Shown here: one piece after another, positions 45,925-56,401 of the stretch
How the letters are laid out: each line of letters opens with the position of its first letter
Position numbering within the stretch: position 1 is the stretch's first letter
Origin: an uncultured Planctomycetota bacterium
GTDB lineage: Bacteria; Planctomycetota; Planctomycetia; Isosphaerales; Isosphaeraceae
DNA: 64,000 bases
NCBI GenBank assembly: GCA_963823665.1
Contig: CAWGMQ010000008.1
Span: 1,920,001-1,984,000 of the forward strand
Reading direction: 5' to 3'
The notes under the pieces: model-generated
The model's database searches: none
The model's input: the letters and a program-made list of their open reading frames with translations, nothing else
Told to the model about the DNA's origin: nothing
Program-made: the position numbers and the translations under genes

Positions 45925-47304
45925 TCAGGCTATCCGAGCCGACCGTACATGTCGCGCTCGCAGGAGCCGGAAGGCGGCGAATCCGACGGCGGCCAGGCCC
46001 CACATTGCCAGGGTGGCCGGCTCGGGAATCGGAGGAGGATTAACTTCCTGAGCACCGAGCAGGCTTGTGGATGCCGGTTGAGCTTGCGATGCCAGGGCCT
46101 GGTTGATCGCCTGGGCGGCCGCAGTGCTGAACGTCGAGTTCGGATTCACCATCATCGCCCAGCTCGCAATTTTGGAGTCAATGAAATTGCCGGTCGTGTC
46201 GTAGTTCTCAGGCACTCCGAACGCGAGCATCAGCTCGTGAGAGATATTGTGAGCGACGATCCATTCGAGCTGGTCGAGGGACTGGGCAGAATGTGCGATT
46301 TGATCGATGAAGCTGAAACCGCTGCTTCCAACCTGAGTCATTCCGATTGCGGTCGAGAGTGCGGAACTGGCCGTATTCGAGACGAGGCTGATGGTGTGAA
46401 GTGCGGGAACGTTGGGATTCTCGGTCAGCGAGACGGAGATGCCGCTTTGACTGAAGGTTTGCTGCACTCTTTGCAGGACCGTGTTATCGAAGCTCTGGAT
46501 CTGCTGGGCTGTGGGTTGGCCGCCGAAGAAGCTGGTCAACTGGGTGCTGTTGTACCAGGGCTGAGCACCACCCGTGGTGATGGCGGCCGCCAGTGGGTAT
46601 GTGCCGCTGCCGACGTTGATAAACGCCTGGACGGGTGCAGCGACGACTGGAGCGGACGAGATGGCCGAGGGGCTGGTGGTGGTCATTGCGACGGGCTGAC
46701 TGCTCATTTGCGTGGTGTTTGGGAGAACGGCCGACGGTGTGTGAGGCATGGCTTGCACGGTTGACGGCTGCGAGGAAACGGGCTGGATATACGATAGAGG
46801 CTGAACCGTCGATGTCTGGGAAGTATTGGAAGGAGAATAGGTCGATGGCGGTGAACTGGTGGGAACCGTGTAAGTCGATGCGGGTGAACTCGCGGGCGGA
46901 GTGTAGGAGGGAGGCTGAACCGGCGCCGATGGCGTGGAAGCGATCGGCGGATCAGACGGCAGCACTGCGCTGGCAGCGGGTGCTGTCTGGGATGGTGGCG
47001 ATGAAGAGTACGCGTTCGTGGCCGCCTGAACCGGGGCCGACACTGATGACGCCGCGTCGGGAGCGGCGAATGCGATTGGGGTCGGAGCCGGGGAAGTGGC
47101 CGCCGGCGTGGCTTGGACCTGGGCCGGGGCGGCTTGCGGGCTGGAGTAAGGCAGGGGACCGGTGCCAGGAGCCCCGGCGGGCGCCGCGAGGTAGACGACC
47201 CAATTATCCAGTCCGCTTGGCCACGAGATGGCATCCGCGTGTGCAGTTGCTACGATCGTTCCGTAGATGACGAGAGGCAGGATGATCGATTTGCAAGCGG
47301 ACAT
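45925..47304 (-). CDS. PEP-CTERM surface protein with P/S/T-rich linker and zincin-like domain
   Basis: Signal peptide; C-terminal IPEPATL + TM + basic tail; GGAGG RBS upstream of 47304. Confidence 0.85.
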   Translation of the reverse strand: MSACKSIILPLVIYGTIVATAHADAISWPSGLDNWVVYLAAPAGAPGTGPLPYSSPQAAPAQVQATPAATSPAPTPIAFAAPDAASSVSAPVQAATNAYSSSPPSQTAPAASAVLPSDPPIASTPSAPVQPPSYTPPASSPASTYTVPTSSPPSTYSPSNTSQTSTVQPLSYIQPVSSQPSTVQAMPHTPSAVLPNTTQMSSQPVAMTTTSPSAISSAPVVAAPVQAFINVGSGTYPLAAAITTGGAQPWYNSTQLTSFFGGQPTAQQIQSFDNTVLQRVQQTFSQSGISVSLTENPNVPALHTISLVSNTASSALSTAIGMTQVGSSGFSFIDQIAHSAQSLDQLEWIVAHNISHELMLAFGVPENYDTTGNFIDSKIASWAMMVNPNSTFSTAAAQAINQALASQAQPASTSLLGAQEVNPPPIPEPATLAMWGLAAVGFAAFRLLRARHVRSARIA

Positions 47305-47791
47305 CGCGAACCTCCTGTTCCAGCCGAAGGGGGGCGCCCTCATGACGACCCCCGCTGTCACTTCCGATCCGCCCGCATCGCTCTGGCCGCCCGGGTTGTA
47401 AGCGCAAGCATTCTCGCTGGAGGCTTTCGCGATTCAACCTGGAGCATTAACCCGGACAGGAAAGAAGTGATTTGAGAACGAGCAGCGAATTCAGCAACTG
47501 CCGTGCCAAATACCGGGCGAGCTCTTGACATCTTGGAAATTACAAGAACGTTTGGGCGTCGACGTTGCTTTAACTAACGGATCTAACGTTTGTTCAGAAA
47601 ACGTGCACGGGCATTCGAGTGAGCGAGCGAGCCGGTGGCTGGCGCGGATTCTCCGAATTCTGTCGGTGTGGCGGTTCTTACAAAACGCGAGCGTTGTTGC
47701 AATCGCGTTCGCACGAACAAAGAAAACTGAAGTCATGCGTGATTCTTACCGGGCTGAGCCCGATCGGAAGCTGAACGTCGGACTCTGGCCG

Positions 47792-48168
47792 TCAGTAAGC
47801 AGCGGGACGTCGGCCGGCGCCGAGGATGCTACAGGCCTGGATCACGTTGAGGCCGAGGCTCTCGGCGCGGGCAACAATTTCTGGAGACTCAGAGCCGGGA
47901 TTGAGCCAGAGCTCACGGACGGCCTTGCGCTGAATTTGCTCGAGCAAACTGACACCAATGGCGGGAGGTACGTAGAAGCTCACCTGGTCGAGCGCGGTTA
48001 CGGGCAGGGAGTCGAGGTTCGGATAGGCGGCAAGCCCTCAACTTGCGTGAGGACGGGGTGGATCGGAAAGACGGTCCAACCCGCGTCGTGAAATGCGCGA
48101 ACGGCCTTGTTCCCGAATTTGCTGCGGTCGGCGCTGGCACCAACAACGGCGACCGTCTTGGCGGACAT
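47792..48168 (-). pseudogene. CoA-binding (YccU-like) protein, frameshifted near 48020
   Basis: KTVAVVGAS.DRSKFG..VFPIHP in one frame; SFYVPP..LWLNPG..ACS in another. Confidence 0.8.
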
Positions 48169-48388
48169 TATCGCGGTCTCCTTCGCTCGTCGCGCTTCGA
48201 GAGCGCGAGTGAAATGGGCATGAAAGTCACGGTCGGGCATCGAGGGCAGGTCTCACTACACCCGCACTTGGTTCGATGCGCCACGAGCGACTTCGGGTAC
48301 AATAGTATCAATCCAGGACCGGCGGTTCGCGAAGATAGATGGATCTAGCCGCAGAAGAGATTATCTCTAACTCGTATTGGATTCGGCA

Positions 48389-49633
48389 ATGCACGACGAA
48401 CTCTCGAGGATAGACGATGCCTTGCAGGCGCTTCAGGCTGGCGGGGTGGTGATCGTTGTCGACGATGAGGACCGGGAGAACGAGGGTGACTTTGTTGCGG
48501 CCGCCGATAAGGTTGGTCCCGAGACAATCGAGTTCATGATCACACACGGGCGAGGTCTGTTGTGCATGCCGATCCTGCCCGAGGTGGCGGCTCGGCTTCA
48601 TCTCGGACCGATGGTGGAGAGAAATACTGCCCCGCACCAGACCCCTTACACCGTTCCGGTCGACCATGTCACGTGCCGAACGGGCATCAGCGCCCAAGAG
48701 AGGGCTCGGACAGTTCGAGCGATCATCGACCCGGCGACACGGCCAGAGGAGCTAGTTCGCCCCGGGCATCTGTTTCCGCTTGTCGCGAAGGAGGGAGGCG
48801 TTCTTCGTCGGGCCGGGCATACGGAAGCCACTGTTGACCTGGCACGCCTGGCTGGGCTGGCTCCGGCCGGCGTGCTTTGCGAGGTGCTCGACGGAACGGG
48901 AGTGGCCAGTCGGCGGCGGTTACATGAGATCGCCCGAGAGCATGCTCTGCCAATCGTTTCGATCGAGGGCTTGATCCGATATCGCCGAATGCGGGAGAAG
49001 CTGGTGCACCGGATCGCCGAGGCTGAATTGCCGACGCGCTATGGTCGCGGGCGCCTTATCGGCTATCGCGTGCAACACGAGCCCGGGAACGAACCGATCG
49101 CAATCGTGATGGGCGATCTTGGCGCGGTGCAAGCGCCGCTCGTGCGACTTCATTCGTCGTGCTTTACCGGCGACCTGCTCGACTCGCTGAGGTGTGATTG
49201 CGGGGACCAGCTTCACATGGCACTAGCGATGATCGGCAACGAGGGGGCAGGGGCACTCATTTATCTGCCGCAGGAAGGTCGGGGGATCGGGCTGATCGAG
49301 AAAATCCGAGCGTATCAACTTCAGGATAGCGGGCTGGATACCGTGCAGGCGAACGTCGCTTTGGGTTACCGCGCTGATACGCGGGACTATGGCATCGGGC
49401 TGCAGATCCTCAAAGACCTTGGGCTCTCTCGCGTGCGTCTGTTGACGAACAATCCGAAGAAGACGGACGCGTTTGTTTACTACGGTTACGAATTGAAAGT
49501 TGTGGACCAAGTTCCGATTGTTGCGCCTGACGTTGCTGAGAGGCGCAGATACCTGGACGCAAAGCGCGAGAAGTTGGGACACGTGCTACCGTCTGCCGGG
49601 TACTGCGAATCGGCCCAGGCGGCGGAGCATTGA
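48389..49633 (+). CDS. ribBA: Bifunctional DHBP synthase / GTP cyclohydrolase II
   Basis: DDEDRENEGD, RAGHTEA, RLHSSCFTGD..SLRCDCG, QEGRGIGL, LLTNNP. Confidence 0.95.
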   Translation: MHDELSRIDDALQALQAGGVVIVVDDEDRENEGDFVAAADKVGPETIEFMITHGRGLLCMPILPEVAARLHLGPMVERNTAPHQTPYTVPVDHVTCRTGISAQERARTVRAIIDPATRPEELVRPGHLFPLVAKEGGVLRRAGHTEATVDLARLAGLAPAGVLCEVLDGTGVASRRRLHEIAREHALPIVSIEGLIRYRRMREKLVHRIAEAELPTRYGRGRLIGYRVQHEPGNEPIAIVMGDLGAVQAPLVRLHSSCFTGDLLDSLRCDCGDQLHMALAMIGNEGAGALIYLPQEGRGIGLIEKIRAYQLQDSGLDTVQANVALGYRADTRDYGIGLQILKDLGLSRVRLLTNNPKKTDAFVYYGYELKVVDQVPIVAPDVAERRRYLDAKREKLGHVLPSAGYCESAQAAEH

Positions 49634-49669
49634 CGTCCGGCCGCAGTTTTATCACGCAAAGGAACCTAG

Positions 49670-51112
49670 ATGTTCACGAACCGCAACGAACGACCACATC
49701 GGACGGAGCCGAGCAAACTCGCAGTTCTGCTCTGGCTGGGTGTGGCTCTTGGATTCAGCTCATCAGTCTGTGCCCAGACGGTCGCGAAGAGGACGATCGA
49801 GCCGGGCGTGAGAAAAGACAACCCCAGAGCACGCGCCCTTTTCGACGAGGTTGTGAACGCGTACCGGGCGCTTAGTTTTTATTCCGACAACGGGGAATTC
49901 GTCGTTGCATTCAAACTCGGCGGCACGATCCAGAAGCAAGTGCTGCCAATGAAGATGACATTCGCGCGGCCCAATCGATTCGACTTCGATAGCGGACATG
50001 TTCGCGTTACGAGTGATGGCACAACCTTGACGACGGCCGTCGTCCCTTTGAAGCGCTACACCGTGACCGCGGCACCGACAACGCTAGGAATCGACGCGAT
50101 TCGTGAAGGCCCGATCGGAGCCATGATCTTCGGCGGTCCTGCTAGTGCACCGATGTTTGTTCTTGTGAATCTTTTAACGGCAGTGGATCCGGCGGCCGGG
50201 ATCGCTCAACTCGGCGGCACGCTGCGTTTACCTGAGGCGCGTTCCACCGATCCGAAGGCAGCCGGCGAGACGGAGAAAATCTCGGCAATCACGATCGACT
50301 TCGACAACCCAAAGAGGCAGTTCCTGTTGAAAGTCGATCCAGTCAGTAAGCTGATATCTTCGATCGAGATCGGAGTTGATCCCAAACAGCTCGCTCTGGG
50401 AGTACAAGACGGACACGAACTTGCAGTTGAGCAGCTTGCTTGGAATTCCGGCAAGATTGTGACCGATCTTCCGAATGGGCTGAGGTTCGTGTACGCGGCC
50501 CCCAAAGGCTTTACGAAGGTCGACTCGCTTGGCGACCGAGAGCGCCCTAAAGAGAATCGCTTACTCGGCAAACCCGCGCCCGCATTTACTCTCACCGTGC
50601 TCGACGGGGCGGGTAAGACGAAGACCATCACGAAGGCCGAACTCGCTGGAAAGGTGGTCGTGATCGACTTCTGGGCCACGTGGTGCGGGCCGTGCATGCA
50701 GGAGCTTCCAGAGATCCAGAAACTCGTCGAGTTGTATGTGGCTTCAAAAAAGGACGTGGTGATCGTAGCGCTGAGCCAAGATGATGATCCGGCCGAATTG
50801 TCACAAGTTCGAAAACTTGTGGAGAAGACGATCTCGGAAAGGAAACTCAGTTTGTCGGCGGCCCCCGTGGGCTTGATCGGACTGGATCCGAGCAAGTCGG
50901 TGGGCGAAGCCTTTGAGCTTGAGGGTTATCCCACGCTCGTGATCCTTGACAAGCAGGGAATCGTGCAATCTGTGCACGTCGGCTTCGATTCGACTTCCAG
51001 CGTGCCGCTCTACAAGGCACTCGCCAAGGAGATCGACACGCTGATGAGCGGCAAGTCTCTTGTGACGAGCACTGAGATCGGCAAGGAAGCTGAGAACAAG
51101 ATCGAGAAGTAA
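49670..51112 (+). CDS. Exported TlpA-type redoxin with LolA/DUF2092-like N-terminal domain
   Basis: Signal peptide; DFWATWCGPC, GYPT. Confidence 0.85.
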   Translation: MFTNRNERPHRTEPSKLAVLLWLGVALGFSSSVCAQTVAKRTIEPGVRKDNPRARALFDEVVNAYRALSFYSDNGEFVVAFKLGGTIQKQVLPMKMTFARPNRFDFDSGHVRVTSDGTTLTTAVVPLKRYTVTAAPTTLGIDAIREGPIGAMIFGGPASAPMFVLVNLLTAVDPAAGIAQLGGTLRLPEARSTDPKAAGETEKISAITIDFDNPKRQFLLKVDPVSKLISSIEIGVDPKQLALGVQDGHELAVEQLAWNSGKIVTDLPNGLRFVYAAPKGFTKVDSLGDRERPKENRLLGKPAPAFTLTVLDGAGKTKTITKAELAGKVVVIDFWATWCGPCMQELPEIQKLVELYVASKKDVVIVALSQDDDPAELSQVRKLVEKTISERKLSLSAAPVGLIGLDPSKSVGEAFELEGYPTLVILDKQGIVQSVHVGFDSTSSVPLYKALAKEIDTLMSGKSLVTSTEIGKEAENKIEK

Positions 51113-51122
51113 TCTGCCTGAA

Positions 51123-51938
51123 TCAGCGCCTGGACTCGACCGCTTGAAGATCACGTACAGTGATGAGGCGCGACTGCAACTCTTCGTTGTAATGGGCGAC
51201 CCCTCGAACGCCCACCTTTCGGGCGAGTATTGGCTCCGGGTCGAGGCCTGGTGGGATGTCGAGGTAAGCAAGAGTTTCGCCATTCCTACCGACCAAGAGG
51301 AAAAGCTTGTGGCCGTCGATTTTTTGAGCGGAGGACTGCATGAAGCCGATGGCTTCATAAGTGCTGGATCGAGCACCGTTGGCGGCTGATGTCCGGATCC
51401 GCAATTGACGGCTTAACTGAACGATTTCACGGTCGCGTTTGTGAGTTTGGGCCAGGATTGCCTCGAAGGACACAGCTGCTTTTGCAGCCAGCTCACGCCG
51501 GGCCAAGCGTTGGAGACGATCGCGGATGACATTTTCAATGGCGGGCTCTGCCGGCAGAGACTTCACCAGGGCTTGATAGCGGGCGCGAAGGTCGTCAAAA
51601 CGCCAGCGATCGATTGGCATGTCAATTTCGATTTTTCTCTCCATCGCGTCGATCTTCTTGAGCTCCGATAATATCGCAGGTGGAATGTCGTGGGTAAGTG
51701 CGTCTTCATCCTTTGTGGGACTCTGATGGGCCTGTTCCAAGAGCGGTCGCTGTTCAACGGCAAGCGCAGATGGCTGGGCCCGCGAGAGTTGGGCGGCGGC
51801 GCTGGCGCGGCGAACCTGGCTGGGCGGAGGAGTGGCATTCGCCGACGGCAATTTCGCTGACTGCGCCAAAGCCCACGTGGTCACGACGGCCATAGAAAGC
51901 CGGGCGCATTGGATTTTGTTTGCGTTGGAATTCCTCAT
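51123..51938 (-). CDS. Hypothetical protein, probably exported
   Basis: 271-aa ORF with a helical middle and a beta-rich C-terminus (LAYLDIPPGLD, VGVRG). Confidence 0.6.
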   Translation of the reverse strand: MRNSNANKIQCARLSMAVVTTWALAQSAKLPSANATPPPSQVRRASAAAQLSRAQPSALAVEQRPLLEQAHQSPTKDEDALTHDIPPAILSELKKIDAMERKIEIDMPIDRWRFDDLRARYQALVKSLPAEPAIENVIRDRLQRLARRELAAKAAVSFEAILAQTHKRDREIVQLSRQLRIRTSAANGARSSTYEAIGFMQSSAQKIDGHKLFLLVGRNGETLAYLDIPPGLDPEPILARKVGVRGVAHYNEELQSRLITVRDLQAVESRR

Positions 51939-52293
51939 CGCCTTCTGGTCTTTCTCCTGGCAGACGGAGTGAGCAGGCGTGGTTTGGCCCTGGGATCAAG
52001 ATGGAATCCACCGATCAGCGGTGAGTGTATGTGCGGAACACGGTGTGCGCTCAGGGTTCGAAGTGGTTCTCGGCCTGCGGCTTGTAAACGGGATCAGCGC
52101 TCTCGTCAATCCGGGTCTTCTCTTTTCTCCGACCAACCATTAAGATAGGTGTTTGCTCGCGAGTCGCTTTCGTCAGCGAAGTGGATGACCGATCCAATTG
52201 GCAATCACCCCAGGAAGTTCGAGAAACCCGGCACCGCTAACCAGTCCTTGTATTGAGACAGTGGTGTGAGTTCGCGCAAGGAGTTTTGAAGGT

Positions 52294-52611
52294 ATGTACG
52301 CAATTATTGAAGAAGGCAGTCATCAATTCCGCGTTCGGGAAGGTGACCGGATCTGCGTGGACCGGCGTGACGGAAAGCTTGGTGACGAGCTTGTCTTTTC
52401 GACGGTATTGCTGATGGCGGGAGAGGACGGGGTTACAAAGATCGGTCAGCCAGTTGTGCAGGGCGCTCGCGTGGCCGGAAGAATTGTCAATCAGTTTCGG
52501 GCGAAGAAGTTGATAATCCAGAAGTTTCGGCGGCGTAAGAACGTGCGTCGAAAGAAGGGTCATCGGCAGCCGTTCACTCTGGTTCAGATTACAAGTCTCA
52601 TTCAGCCGTAA
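52294..52611 (+). CDS. rplU: 50S ribosomal protein L21
   Basis: MYAIIEEGSHQFRV.EGD...KKGHRQPFT. Confidence 0.95.
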   Translation: MYAIIEEGSHQFRVREGDRICVDRRDGKLGDELVFSTVLLMAGEDGVTKIGQPVVQGARVAGRIVNQFRAKKLIIQKFRRRKNVRRKKGHRQPFTLVQITSLIQP

Positions 52612-53285
52612 AGACCAATCGTCGCGTGGTGCTTCGAAGTGGTTAGATTTGCGCCCATCGATGTGTTTCAACTGCCATTATCGGCGAGAAAATGGATTTT
52701 CTAATTTTTGGCCCGTAGATGGTTTTCAGCGGGCTGTCAGATGCTTACGATATGCGGGCTCCGGTTGGTGGCTCTCGGTTGGAAAACGAGGGGGTAAGAC
52801 GGATCGACGCGGGAGTGACGAAGCTCAGCGTGAGCGAAAGAGCGATGGATCACGCATTTTTCTTCGTTGCCACGGAACAGCGGGTGCGTGTTCGAATTCG
52901 CCAGTTGCTCGACGCTATTCCGGAGCGCACTGTGTGGCTTCTACGTAAAGCGAGACCTGTTGCCGAACGGTTCCCGGCAATGATGTTTCGGAGCGCTGGC
53001 CGGCATGAGTTGCGAGCTCGCGGTTGCGAACGCGGATTGGAGGACAAGGTCGACAACGAGTCGACCCGTTCAGTGGGTGCCGCAGGGGGGGAAATCGCAT
53101 GAGGGTCGTGGTCGAATATCGGTAGATTCAACTGGATCGCCCCATCTGCCGATCTTCGGGGTTGGTGCGCGATGTTTGACTCGACTCCAGTACATCTATG
53201 GACTTCAGAACACCAACGATTTACCCTGATGGGAGTCGGGTTCCTGGAATGACCCGAGGGGTGAGTCGAGACGCGGAGAGCGGAC

Positions 53286-56200
53286 ATGGCAACAGTTAGC
53301 GAACGGGCGGGCGTCGTGGGGCCGTCGGAACTTCGGGAGATCGCGTGGGACAATGGAACCGAGAACGGACAGACCGCGGTGCCGGGGATGGTAATTCCGC
53401 GGGTCTTCAGCAAGGAGGGAACGAGCCCTTACGATGAGGTTGAATGGGAGCTGCGCACAGCGGAGATTAAGGACGAACGTGGACGGATCATCTTTCAGCA
53501 GACCGGGTGCGAAATCCCTCGGGCCTGGGGTCAGCTCGCGACGAACGTGGTGGTGAGCAAGTACTTTTACGGCGATCTGGGCAGCGGCAACGGCAGCCCG
53601 GCTACAGGAAATCGTGAGTATTCGGTTCGGCAGTTGATCGATCGAGTTACTCGGACCATCGCCGACTGGGGAAGAAGCGACGGTTATTTTGCCACGGCGA
53701 GTGACGCCAATCGATTCTACGATGAGTTGACGGCACTGTGTTTGAACCAGTATGGCTCGTTCAACTCGCCGGTTTGGTTCAACGTGGGCCTCTTCCATCG
53801 ATACGGGATTTCCGGGCCGGCTAACAATTGGCGATGGGACGAAGAGAGTCGGACAGTGAACAAGGCGACGAGCGCCTACCAGTATCCACAAGCGTCGGCC
53901 TGCTTCATCCAAAGTGTCAGCGATGATATGGAAGGAATCATGCGCTTGGCGACGAGCGAAGCGATGCTCTTCAAGTTCGGATCAGGAACAGGCACCGACC
54001 TCTCTAGCTTGCGTTCGAGTCGCGAAAAGCTCTCCGGTGGAGGCAAACCGTCCGGTCCAGTTAGCTTCATGCGGGTATACGATGCGGTCGCCAGTGTCGT
54101 CAAGTCGGGGGGTAAAACGCGTCGCGCTGCGAAAATGCAAACGCTCAAATGCTGGCACCCGGATATTTTGGACTTCATCGAGTGCAAGGCGAGAGAGGAG
54201 CAGAAGGCACTTTCTCTGATACATGCAGGGTACGAGGCTAACTTTAATGGCGAGGCATACAGTTCGGTTATGTTTCAGAACTCGAATTTGTCGGTCCGCT
54301 GCACAGACGCCTTTTTAAGCGCCGTTGTGGCCGATTGGGACTGGACGACGCGAGCGGTGACGACAGGCAGGCCGATGGAGACTTTCAAGGCACGGATGCT
54401 GATGAACAAGATCGCCGCGGGGACTTGGCTTTGCGGCGATCCTGGCGTGCAATACGAGGATACGATCCAGCGGTGGCATACGTGCCCGAACACAGCTCCG
54501 ATCAATTCGTCCAATCCGTGTTCCGAGTATATGTTTATCGATGATTCAGCGTGCAATCTCTCGTCTATCAATTTGATGAAGTTCCGGCGAGACGATGGGA
54601 GTTTCGACGCCGAGCGATTCCGAGCCGCAGTGACAATACTTATCACCGCACAGGAGATCTTGGTCGACCACGCGAGCTACCCGACTGATCGAATCGCAGC
54701 GAATAGCCACAGATTTCGGCCGCTCGGGCTCGGCTACGCCAATCTGGGAAGCCTTCTGATGGCCTCGGGGCTTCCATACGACTCAGACAGCGGCAGGGCG
54801 CTGGCGTCCGTTATCACTGCGATTATGCACGGGCAGGCGTATTTGACTAGCGCGGAACATGCAGCCCACCTCGGAGCTTTTGACGGCTACGCGATTAATG
54901 AAGAACCGATGTTGCATGTGATGGAGATGCATCGCGACGCAGCCACCGCAATAGACCGATCGGCGCCGGCAGAGTTGTTGGCCGAAGCACGATCTGTGTG
55001 GGCCGAGTGTGTGGAACTCGGCCGCAAACACGGCTACCGAAACAGCCAGGTGACCGTTTTAGCTCCGACCGGGACGATTGCTTTTATGATGGACTGTGAC
55101 ACAACCGGGATCGAGCCGGATATTGCCCTCGTTAAGTACAAGCAACTCGCCGGTGGAGGAATGTTGAAGATCGTCAATCGAACCGTCCCAATGGCCCTCC
55201 GCAAGCTAGGTTATGACGACGTCGCAGTCCGCGGGATTTTGGACTACATCGATTCGCACGATACGATCGAGGGATCTCCCGGTATGAGGGACGAGGACCT
55301 GCCTGTCTTTGATTGTGCGTTTGCCCCGCCTCAAGGTGGTCGAAGCATCCACTTCCGCGGACACCTGCGCATGATGGCCGCGGTTCAGCCGTTTCTATCA
55401 GGAGCGATCTCGAAGACGTGCAACGTGCCCCAAGAAGCGACCGCAGAAGAAATTCGTGACGCCTATCTTGAGGGCTGGAAGCTTGGGCTCAAGGCGCTTG
55501 CGATCTATCGTGACGGCTCGAAGGGAAGCCAGCCGCTGAACACGAAGGTCGAATCAAGCGACATGGCTCGCTCCCCTGGATCACAGTCGTCTTCCTCTTC
55601 CGATGCAATGGGTCCGAGGAACCGCTCGGCTGGGGGGTCCGGTGGGCCTTCCAGCCAGCCGCGTCGCGAGCGATTGCCACATACGCGGCGGAGTTTGACC
55701 CACAAGTTCGATATTCAGGGCCACGAAGGTTATATCAACGTCGGCTTCTATCCCGATGGACGGCCTGGCGAGCTCTTCATCACCATGGCAAAGGAGGGCT
55801 CAACGATTGGTGGCTTGATGGATGTTCTGGGCACGGCGATCTCGATCGGATTGCAATACGGAGTGCCGTTGGAGGTGTTTGTCAATAAATTTGCGCATAG
55901 CCGCTTTGAACCGGCGGGCTTCACGAAGAACCGGGACATTCCCATCGCCAAAAGTGTAGCCGACTATATCTTCCGATGGCTTGGCATGGAATTCATCCCC
56001 GGCTACCGTGAAGCCAACGCCCCGAAGCGTCCGGCCGCGGAGGCAGAGGAGGATGGTGTGTCGACTACTGCTGCGATTCTGAATGTCAACGGTTTGCGAG
56101 CCGCGACGATGGCCGACCTCGAACATGCTGAGGCCGTGATGGGAGCGGGGTCGAACGTTGTGATGGCTGAACCTCATTCCTATGTTTCAGAGGAACGCCC

Positions 56201-56345
56201 GCCTGAAGGACTCACCGAGCAGGACCGACAGTTTGCGCACTTCCAGTGTGATGCTCCGTCTTGCGATAACTGTGGCGCCTTAACGGTCCGTTGCGGCACT
56301 TGCTATCGTTGCTTTAACTGCGGGAACAGCATGGGCTGCTCATGA
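53286..56345 (+). CDS. nrdJ: Class II (B12-dependent) ribonucleotide reductase
   Basis: FNSPVWFN, SACFI, GGKTRRAAKM, SNPCSE, APTGT, and a C-terminal Zn ribbon CDNC..CFNC. Confidence 0.95.
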   Translation: MATVSERAGVVGPSELREIAWDNGTENGQTAVPGMVIPRVFSKEGTSPYDEVEWELRTAEIKDERGRIIFQQTGCEIPRAWGQLATNVVVSKYFYGDLGSGNGSPATGNREYSVRQLIDRVTRTIADWGRSDGYFATASDANRFYDELTALCLNQYGSFNSPVWFNVGLFHRYGISGPANNWRWDEESRTVNKATSAYQYPQASACFIQSVSDDMEGIMRLATSEAMLFKFGSGTGTDLSSLRSSREKLSGGGKPSGPVSFMRVYDAVASVVKSGGKTRRAAKMQTLKCWHPDILDFIECKAREEQKALSLIHAGYEANFNGEAYSSVMFQNSNLSVRCTDAFLSAVVADWDWTTRAVTTGRPMETFKARMLMNKIAAGTWLCGDPGVQYEDTIQRWHTCPNTAPINSSNPCSEYMFIDDSACNLSSINLMKFRRDDGSFDAERFRAAVTILITAQEILVDHASYPTDRIAANSHRFRPLGLGYANLGSLLMASGLPYDSDSGRALASVITAIMHGQAYLTSAEHAAHLGAFDGYAINEEPMLHVMEMHRDAATAIDRSAPAELLAEARSVWAECVELGRKHGYRNSQVTVLAPTGTIAFMMDCDTTGIEPDIALVKYKQLAGGGMLKIVNRTVPMALRKLGYDDVAVRGILDYIDSHDTIEGSPGMRDEDLPVFDCAFAPPQGGRSIHFRGHLRMMAAVQPFLSGAISKTCNVPQEATAEEIRDAYLEGWKLGLKALAIYRDGSKGSQPLNTKVESSDMARSPGSQSSSSSDAMGPRNRSAGGSGGPSSQPRRERLPHTRRSLTHKFDIQGHEGYINVGFYPDGRPGELFITMAKEGSTIGGLMDVLGTAISIGLQYGVPLEVFVNKFAHSRFEPAGFTKNRDIPIAKSVADYIFRWLGMEFIPGYREANAPKRPAAEAEEDGVSTTAAILNVNGLRAATMADLEHAEAVMGAGSNVVMAEPHSYVSEERPPEGLTEQDRQFAHFQCDAPSCDNCGALTVRCGTCYRCFNCGNSMGCS

Positions 56346-56401
56346 GGATTTGCACGAACGCGTCGTCACAGCTTGGCGCTGGCGAGTTTTGTGGGGTTGA
56401 C

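Noticed and set aside
52719..53102. 127-aa ORF between rplU and nrdJ
   Set aside because: No recognisable motif and no clear start signal; cannot be supported.
53180..53230. NrdR boxes upstream of nrdJ
   Set aside because: The best candidate (CCAGTACATCTATGGA) misses conserved consensus positions and no clear tandem box is visible.
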